Assembly (NCBI GenBank): GCA_042216495.1
Contig: JBDGTU010000022.1
Location: 1,208-65,207, forward strand
Direction of reading: 5' to 3'
Length of the DNA: 64,000 nt
Source: Haloferacaceae archaeon
GTDB lineage: Archaea > Halobacteriota > Halobacteria > Halobacteriales > Haloferacaceae
The notes under the pieces were generated by a model, which was given only the letters and a program-made list of their open reading frames with translations, was not told the origin of the DNA and made no database searches. The stretch's first letter is position 1. Every line of letters starts with the position of its first letter. The position numbers and the translations under genes are program-made. Of this stretch, positions 56,278 through 64,000 are shown one piece after another.

Positions 56278-56652
56278 ATGAGCATCGAGGCGACACGGCT
56301 CGAGGACCTCGGCCGCGAACTCGGCGAGGCCATCGCCGACTGCCCGGAGTACCAGGCGTTCGAGGAAGCCCAGCGTGCCGTCGAAGCGGACGACGAGGCA
56401 CAGGAGAGAATCTCCGAGTTCGAACAGCTCCGCCAGGAGTTCATGATGGCCCGCCAGACCGGGCAGGCCACGCAGGACGATCTCCAGAAAGTCCAGGAGG
56501 CCCAGGAAGAACTCCACGCGCTGCCCGTGATGGACGAGTATCTCGACGCCCAGGAGACCCTCCAGGAGCGCCTCGAAACGATCAACGAGGCGATATCAGA
56601 GCCGCTCGCCGTCGACTTCGGCGGCGAGGCCGGCGGCTGCTGTAACGACTGA
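56278..56652 (+). CDS. YlbF/YmcA-family protein with C-terminal Cys-Cys
   Basis: ATG 56278. LG.AI...PEY..F.EA...V..D, helical, ends with GGCCND. Confidence 0.85.
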   Translation: MSIEATRLEDLGRELGEAIADCPEYQAFEEAQRAVEADDEAQERISEFEQLRQEFMMARQTGQATQDDLQKVQEAQEELHALPVMDEYLDAQETLQERLETINEAISEPLAVDFGGEAGGCCND

Positions 56653-56707
56653 TTCTGCCGGCCGGGTCGGCGAACGTTCATACCGGATGACGTCGCCATC
56701 CCGTGGT

Positions 56708-57328
56708 ATGCTCGCGATAGCCGGCGGGAAGGGCGGCAGTGGAAAGACGACGACGACGCTCGGACTGGCGAGAGCGCTCGACGGCCGCGCCGTCGCCGTC
56801 GACGCCGACCGGGACATGCCGAATCTCCACTCGCTGGCGGACGTCGACCGGGAACCGACGCTCGCATCGCTGAACGGCGGCGGCGTCGACGCCGTCGCCC
56901 AGTCGGTCCGGGGCCGCGACGACGTCGGCATCCTCCCGGCCCCCCGGGCCGGCGAGCGCCGGGACCTCGACGCCCACCTCTCGCGACTCGCCACCGCCGA
57001 GACGTCGGCGTCGATACTCGTCGACTGCTCCGCGGGCGCGGGTCCCGACGCCGCCGCCCCGCTTCGCGTCGCCGACGGCGTCGTTCTGGTGTCGTCGCTC
57101 TGCGCGCCCGCCCTGCGGGACACGGCGAAGACGGCCGCGATGGCTCGTACCCTCGGGACGACGGTCCACGGCGCGGTGCTGACGCGGTGTCGCGTCGTTC
57201 CCGACGCCGTCGAGGAGTTGCTCGACTGTCCCGTCCTCGCGGCGGTGCCGCCCGCCGACCCGCCGGTGTTGTCGTCGGACGGCGTTCGGCGCGCGTACCG
57301 GTGCGCGCTCGGCCGGGTCGAATGGTAG
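56708..57328 (+). CDS. Short MinD/ParA-family ATPase
   Basis: ATG 56708. GGKGGSGKTT, DAD.DMPNL, LVDC.AG. No C-terminal membrane-targeting helix evident. Confidence 0.88.
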   Translation: MLAIAGGKGGSGKTTTTLGLARALDGRAVAVDADRDMPNLHSLADVDREPTLASLNGGGVDAVAQSVRGRDDVGILPAPRAGERRDLDAHLSRLATAETSASILVDCSAGAGPDAAAPLRVADGVVLVSSLCAPALRDTAKTAAMARTLGTTVHGAVLTRCRVVPDAVEELLDCPVLAAVPPADPPVLSSDGVRRAYRCALGRVEW

Positions 57329-57362
57329 TGTTCAGATGAGCCAGGGTGTTCAGATGAGCCAG
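57328..57362. repeat. Tandem 17-bp direct repeat GTGTTCAGATGAGCCAG
   Basis: Copies at 57328-57344 and 57346-57362. Confidence 0.85.
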
Positions 57363-57377
57363 AAGAACTGAGAACGC

Positions 57378-57478
57378 CTCGAAAGCCCCGCCTCGCTGGA
57401 GTCGGGGGCTCGCCGCGCGCTCCCGTCGGTCGCGTGCTTGCGTCGGCCGGGTACGCCGAGAGGCCGGGGGCTTTCGAG
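57378..57478. repeat. REP/MITE-like palindromic intergenic element with 12-bp terminal inverted repeats
   Basis: CTCGAAAGCCCC (57378-57389) and GGGGCTTTCGAG (57467-57478) enclose a GC-rich, self-complementary core. Confidence 0.7.
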
Positions 57479-57549
57479 ATGCCCGCAACCCAATCGCCCT
57501 CATCCGAACAGTGCCGACGAACCGGACACAAGGCAGTTGCTCCTAGCGT

Positions 57550-57999
57550 GTGATCGACGGGGCGATGCTCGCGTTCGCGTACGTGCTGGGCGTGTTCGGC
57601 GCGACGGGCGTGGTACTCTATCTCGCTCGACGACGCCTGCGCGTCGCGCGCGACGAACCGTGGGAGGCCGAGGTGAGGACGCTCGCCGCAGAGGTTCGTA
57701 CGGTGACGGCAGACGTCGACGACTTCGACACGGCCCGGCGACGGCTCGCTCCCCTCGCCAGTCGCATCGACGGACACGCACGAAGGGCCCCGCCGGACGC
57801 CGACGAGAGGCTCCGGCGGAGTGTCCACGAACTCGGAGCCGCGTGCCGGACGTTCGAACTGGAACCCGCCGCTCGACCTCCGGGCGAGACGTCACTCGAC
57901 GCGAGACTCGATGCCCTCGACGAGGCGGCGAGGGCCGTCGAACGAGCGGTCGCGGACCGAGCGACGAGCGTGAGAGATACGAACAGTTTCGAACGCTAA
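57550..57999 (+). CDS. Hypothetical membrane-anchored helical protein
   Basis: One N-terminal TM helix followed by RRR, then an amphipathic helical region. Start could be GTG 57550 or ATG 57565. Confidence 0.6.
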   Translation: MIDGAMLAFAYVLGVFGATGVVLYLARRRLRVARDEPWEAEVRTLAAEVRTVTADVDDFDTARRRLAPLASRIDGHARRAPPDADERLRRSVHELGAACRTFELEPAARPPGETSLDARLDALDEAARAVERAVADRATSVRDTNSFER

Positions 58000-58114
58000 C
58001 ACGGCGAACGCGTCTCGCCCTCCGACCGCTTCGCGAGCCACGGTGTCGTCGAGCGACGGCGGCGACGTCTCACCGGAACGTCTGCGGTTACCGACCGTGC
58101 GCTCTCGGCTCAGG

Positions 58115-60535
<2,421 letters not shown>

Positions 60536-60640
60536 CTATTTTTGAGAAAGCCGACTCCGCCCGACTACACACGTTCCGCACTGCCGCCGATTTAGTATAG
60601 CGACATGCAATTTATTAGTTCGTGGTCCGACGGGCTAAAT

Positions 60641-61657
60641 CTATAGGATCTGATATATCTTCCGCTCGTACGTCTCTCGAACCCGGTCTCCCCAGTTGTG
60701 CGTGTAGGTGTCGACGATGTCGCCGGCGACGTCGCCACGGAGGTACTTCACGATGCCCCGGTCACCGGTGCGGTCGCGGAGGTGCGTCGTGAAGAAGTGC
60801 CGGAAGTAGTGGGGAGTGACGTTCTCCTCGGCGCCGCCGCCCTCGCGATACCAGCCACGACGCGACGCGTACTCCTCGACGGCGTGGTGAACCACGTGTG
60901 GCGTCACCCGGCGTCCCCAGTTGTCCCGGGTGCTCACGAAGAGGGGGCGAGCAGGCGAGACCGGGTCGGGCCGAATCGCGAGCCAGCGGGCGAGTTCGGC
61001 CCGCAGTTCGTCGTCGATAGGGACGACGGTGGCACGCTCGCGCTTGTTCGACGCCGAGCGACGTTCCCCGTTGACCACCTCGCCGACGCTCGGGTCCGGC
61101 GAGACGAACAGAGCCCTCCCACGCCCGTCGAGCTGGGGGCGTTTCGACACGTCCAGTTCCCGAATCTCCGGCGTCGAGACGTCTCGCAGGTCGAGATTGC
61201 AGAGTTCCCCGACGCGAACGCCGGTTTTGAGCATCGTCACGAGGAGAGCGCGGTGGAGTGGGTGACCGACGTCGCCGACGAACGCCCGCATCTCCGGGAC
61301 GCTGATCTCGCGCCGGGTCGGGTCAGTGTTGATCCGCTCGTCCATCTCCTCCATGACGAGCGTCATTGGGTTCGATTCGAACTTCCCGACGCCGGTCATA
61401 TACGAGTAGAAGCGGTGGAGATAGGACGCGTACGTGGCGACGGTGCTCTCGGCAACGCTGCCCCGGAGGCGGTGGACGTAGGCCATACAATCACGGTGTG
61501 ACGCGTCCGATGGAACGTCGACGCCGCGCTGAGCGGTCAAAAACTCCTCGAACTCCCGGAGTACGCGCTCGTAGGAGTCACGCGTCCGGTCGGTCTTCCC
61601 GTGGTACGTCATGTCCTGCAGGAAGTACCCGATTTCGTCCATCGAGGGCTCACTCAT
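60641..61657 (-). CDS. xerA: XerA/XerC-type tyrosine recombinase
   Basis: SAM-like N-domain. Catalytic TGVR.GEL, K, HYFRH, (R)GD and Y(TH). Confidence 0.88.
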   Translation of the reverse strand: MSEPSMDEIGYFLQDMTYHGKTDRTRDSYERVLREFEEFLTAQRGVDVPSDASHRDCMAYVHRLRGSVAESTVATYASYLHRFYSYMTGVGKFESNPMTLVMEEMDERINTDPTRREISVPEMRAFVGDVGHPLHRALLVTMLKTGVRVGELCNLDLRDVSTPEIRELDVSKRPQLDGRGRALFVSPDPSVGEVVNGERRSASNKRERATVVPIDDELRAELARWLAIRPDPVSPARPLFVSTRDNWGRRVTPHVVHHAVEEYASRRGWYREGGGAEENVTPHYFRHFFTTHLRDRTGDRGIVKYLRGDVAGDIVDTYTHNWGDRVRETYERKIYQIL

Positions 61658-62051
61658 CTGATACCAGGGTGTAGCCGTCGTGGCGGCCGCTGTACTGCAC
61701 GTCGTTTGCCGCCTGGAGGTCCTGTAACGTCGATTCGAGTCGGTCCTCGATGTTGCCCGTCAGTCGCTCGACGAGTTCGTCCCACGACCGGTGGTCCCCC
61801 TCCGAGAGCGCCGCACGGACACGCCGCTCGAAAGCGTCGCCGTCGTCCTCGCTGGACTGGTTCGTCGCCGTTTCGGCCGTCCCCGGGACGTCGAACTTCC
61901 GTCGGCCGGCCTGGACCATCGTCCTGACGAACTCGCTTTGGCTCATGTCGAGACGGTCGGCGTGGTCGCGCCACCGGTCTTTCTGGTAGGCCGGTACGTA
62001 CGTCTTCACCGCCGTCCGTGACGTGTCGACGTCGTCGTCCTCCGTATCCAT
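61650..62051 (-). CDS. DUF5805-like protein (RHH-like N-terminus, wHTH-like C-terminus) coupled to xerA
   Basis: Start at ATG 62051. [29 protein letters not shown]. Overlaps the xerA start by 8 nt. Confidence 0.8.
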   Translation of the reverse strand: MDTEDDDVDTSRTAVKTYVPAYQKDRWRDHADRLDMSQSEFVRTMVQAGRRKFDVPGTAETATNQSSEDDGDAFERRVRAALSEGDHRSWDELVERLTGNIEDRLESTLQDLQAANDVQYSGRHDGYTLVSDE

Positions 62052-62154
62052 ACGTCGCCATCTCGGGCCGCGGTTATCAAAGTATGCCCTAGTACACAGA
62101 TATACCGAACGGCGTAGGTGGACGCTTTTTCGGGCCGACGGGAGAAGACGCCCT

Positions 62155-62451
62155 ATGACCGTCGACACCGACGCCGTGGGCGACACGCCGCTGGTGGAAC
62201 TCGACGTCGAGGTCGTCATGCCCGACGACGCCGGCGTGGGCAAAGTCGACGCGATACGGGCCGCCGGCGGCAGTTACTATCCGAATCAGTACGAGAACCC
62301 CGCGAATCCGGGGATTCACGCGGGGACGACCAGCCCGGAAATCTGGCGACAGACGGACGGGAACGTGACGCATTTCGTCGCCGGTGCCTGTCGTCGACGA
62401 CGAGATTCGGAAAAGCGGGACGATATACCGCGTCACGTCTGGCGACGGTGA
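62155..62451 (+). pseudogene. Collapsed cysteine-synthase (CysK/CysM-family) remnant
   Basis: [12 protein letters not shown]...K...IRA.G and [26 protein letters not shown] are joined in frame. The PLP-Lys segment and the C-terminal half are missing. Confidence 0.75.
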
Positions 62452-62621
62452 GGAAGTCGTCGAGGCGACCATCACCGCGTGACGCTTGGGGAACTGGACG
62501 AGAAGACGAACGCCGGGCGCGAGCGGATGGAGGAGCAGGCCGCCGATCTACGCGACATCCGGCCCGCCGCCCGGCCGCGAAACCTCCGCAAAGACCAATC
62601 GACGCTCGGGAAGGCCGATTC

Positions 62622-62815
62622 ATGAGCACCACCGACGACCCGCCGGTTGGCTCTGTAAGCACGTCGGAAGGGGCCGCCCGTACCACACGCGACCCGACTG
62701 TCCCCACCTTGACGGTGCGGCTACCGCCGAATCCGTCGGTGACGAGACCGTCGAGCGCTACACCCTCCGCGAATGTTCCCGCTGTTCGACGATACGTCTC
62801 GACGAAATGTATAGC
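62622..62815 (+). pseudogene. Frameshifted small Cys/His metal-binding protein (YH...C...CxxC)
   Basis: MSTTDDPPV (ATG 62622) would continue as WLCKHVGRGRPYHTRPDCPHL...ECSRC if one base were restored near 62647. The end coordinate is approximate. Confidence 0.4.
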
Positions 62816-63372
62816 GAAGTGCAGTTTACGGTAGCCTCCCGACGAATGCCATCGAGACATCTCTCGGCGACTGGAGAGGGTGGCCTGTACGCGCGCAGAG
62901 CGAGTTTCTCGCCGCGTCGAGAGCGCGCCGCGAACGTCTACTACGTCCTCGCCGAACTCGTCGACTATCCCGCTCGGGACGTCACCCAGCACGTCACGTT
63001 TCAGAAGGTCGAACTGGCGAGCATCACCGCGATGCTCATTCTGAAGTGCGGACACGGCCCCGCCGAAATCTACGGCACCAAACGAGAAAATAAGTGGCCT
63101 TATTTCCCGAAATAGGCCCCGTTTCCCGTGGCCAGTGTAGCAATATCTTCTAATCTATGCCTTTCATTCGAACATTTTGGTACTACAGGCACAACTATTA
63201 GTGAGAGTTCGGAGAACACTCGTCCCAGTCGCGGCCGGCGTCGGAACGGTAGTGGTTCGCGACACCGATTCGTCGGGTCCGCCCCGCGATTCACGCTCGA
63301 CCCGTTCCTCGCCCCGTCGACCCTGCGGGTGGAGGCCAGAAGACGGGCTTCCACCGGCTTTCGCCGTAGGCC

Positions 63373-64000
63373 TCATCGGTCGACCGCTTCGACCAGGTCG
63401 GGCGAGTCGTTGTGCGGGTCGTTCACTCGCGTCGACACGGGGTAGGCGTGAAACGCTTCGCTGGGGCGTGGCTCGAGGAGCGACTCGGCGGCATCAGCGC
63501 TTCCCGTGAGCCACGTCGCCTCCTCGTCGGGCGGGAGGACGACCGCCATCCGGTGATGAAGCTGCGCGACGACGTCGTTCGGCTCCGTGGTCAGGATTGC
63601 AAACCCTTCTCTGGGCTCGCTCGTCGGTGAGCCGTCACCCCCGAACGCGTCGAGTCCGGTCTGGGTCGTCTCGGGCGTCCAGCGCGTCCAGATGCCGGCC
63701 ATGGCGAACGGCCGGTCGTCTTCGAACGCGACCCGGTACGGACCGTCGTCGGTCCACTCGTAGAACCCGTCTGCGGGGACGAGACACCGCCGCCGTTCGA
63801 ACGCGTCCGCGAAACTCGGTTTCTCGCGGACCGTCTCCCCGCGTGCGTTGATGATCGCGCTGTCGGCCCACTCGGGAGTGAGCCCCCACCCCATCCGGGC
63901 TACGTCACCGCCGTCAGTGAGTACCGGAAGCGACTGCCCCGGCGCGCAGTTGTAGCGCGGTTCGAACTCGTCGGCTGGAACGTCGAACCGTTCGCCGAGT
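63373..64000 (-). CDS. SOS response-associated peptidase (SRAP/HMCES) family protein (5' end outside window)
   Basis: RYNCAP upstream of the listed ORF, then MGWGL.P.W, INAR.ET, RRCLVPADGFYEW, FAMAGIW, HHRM.V.L. Confidence 0.93.
   Translation of the reverse strand, partial: LGERFDVPADEFEPRYNCAPGQSLPVLTDGGDVARMGWGLTPEWADSAIINARGETVREKPSFADAFERRRCLVPADGFYEWTDDGPYRVAFEDDRPFAMAGIWTRWTPETTQTGLDAFGGDGSPTSEPREGFAILTTEPNDVVAQLHHRMAVVLPPDEEATWLTGSADAAESLLEPRPSEAFHAYPVSTRVNDPHNDSPDLVEAVDR

Noticed and set aside
57328-57362. Short direct repeats (also 7734-7774 and 19567-19636) as a possible CRISPR array
   Set aside because: Only two copies each, no spacer-length unique sequence between them, and no cas genes.
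60641-61657. Tyrosine recombinase as the integrase of an intact provirus
   Set aside because: No tRNA target, att repeats, or replication or structural genes are visible. It looks like the housekeeping XerA type.

Overview
High-GC haloarchaeal (class Halobacteria) chromosomal DNA, judged from acidic proteins, Tat lipoproteins, archaellum genes, TFB and Dph2. From left to right: a partial aldehyde dehydrogenase; a nosZ-less NosL/NosD/NosF/NosY plus halocyanin copper module with a ZIP transporter; an NADH oxidase/CoA-disulfide reductase and a Usp; a ~28 kb chemotaxis/archaellum cluster (10.6-38.4 kb) with hemAT-cheW, cheBAR, a HEAT-repeat gene, two cheF, flaJIHGF/CE, cheDCY, three archaellins, a wHTH regulator, three KaiC-like ATPases, two HalX proteins, parA-cheW and a HalOD1 protein; cydAB; an SDR/ALDH pair divergent from a Liv-type ABC transporter; TrmB/TFB; a HisG-like orphan; dph2 and neighbours; katG; xerA with its upstream partner gene; a decayed patch; and a partial SRAP gene. 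The strongest unannotated signal is a palindrome, T(A/C)TCA-N4-TGA(T/G)A, seen 8 times in the motility cluster. At seven promoters it lies exactly 15 nt upstream of the TATA core, and one site serves two of those promoters symmetrically. It also lies over the transcription start of the cluster's wHTH gene, which suggests a motility regulon with an autorepressed activator. Other leads are a ParA coupled to a linker-extended CheW resembling ParC/ParP, weakly acidic archaellins sharing a 106-bp identical block, and a catalase-N-terminus-like ORF coupled to katG. No rRNA, tRNA, CRISPR array or transposase was recognised. All calls are by eye; no searches were run.
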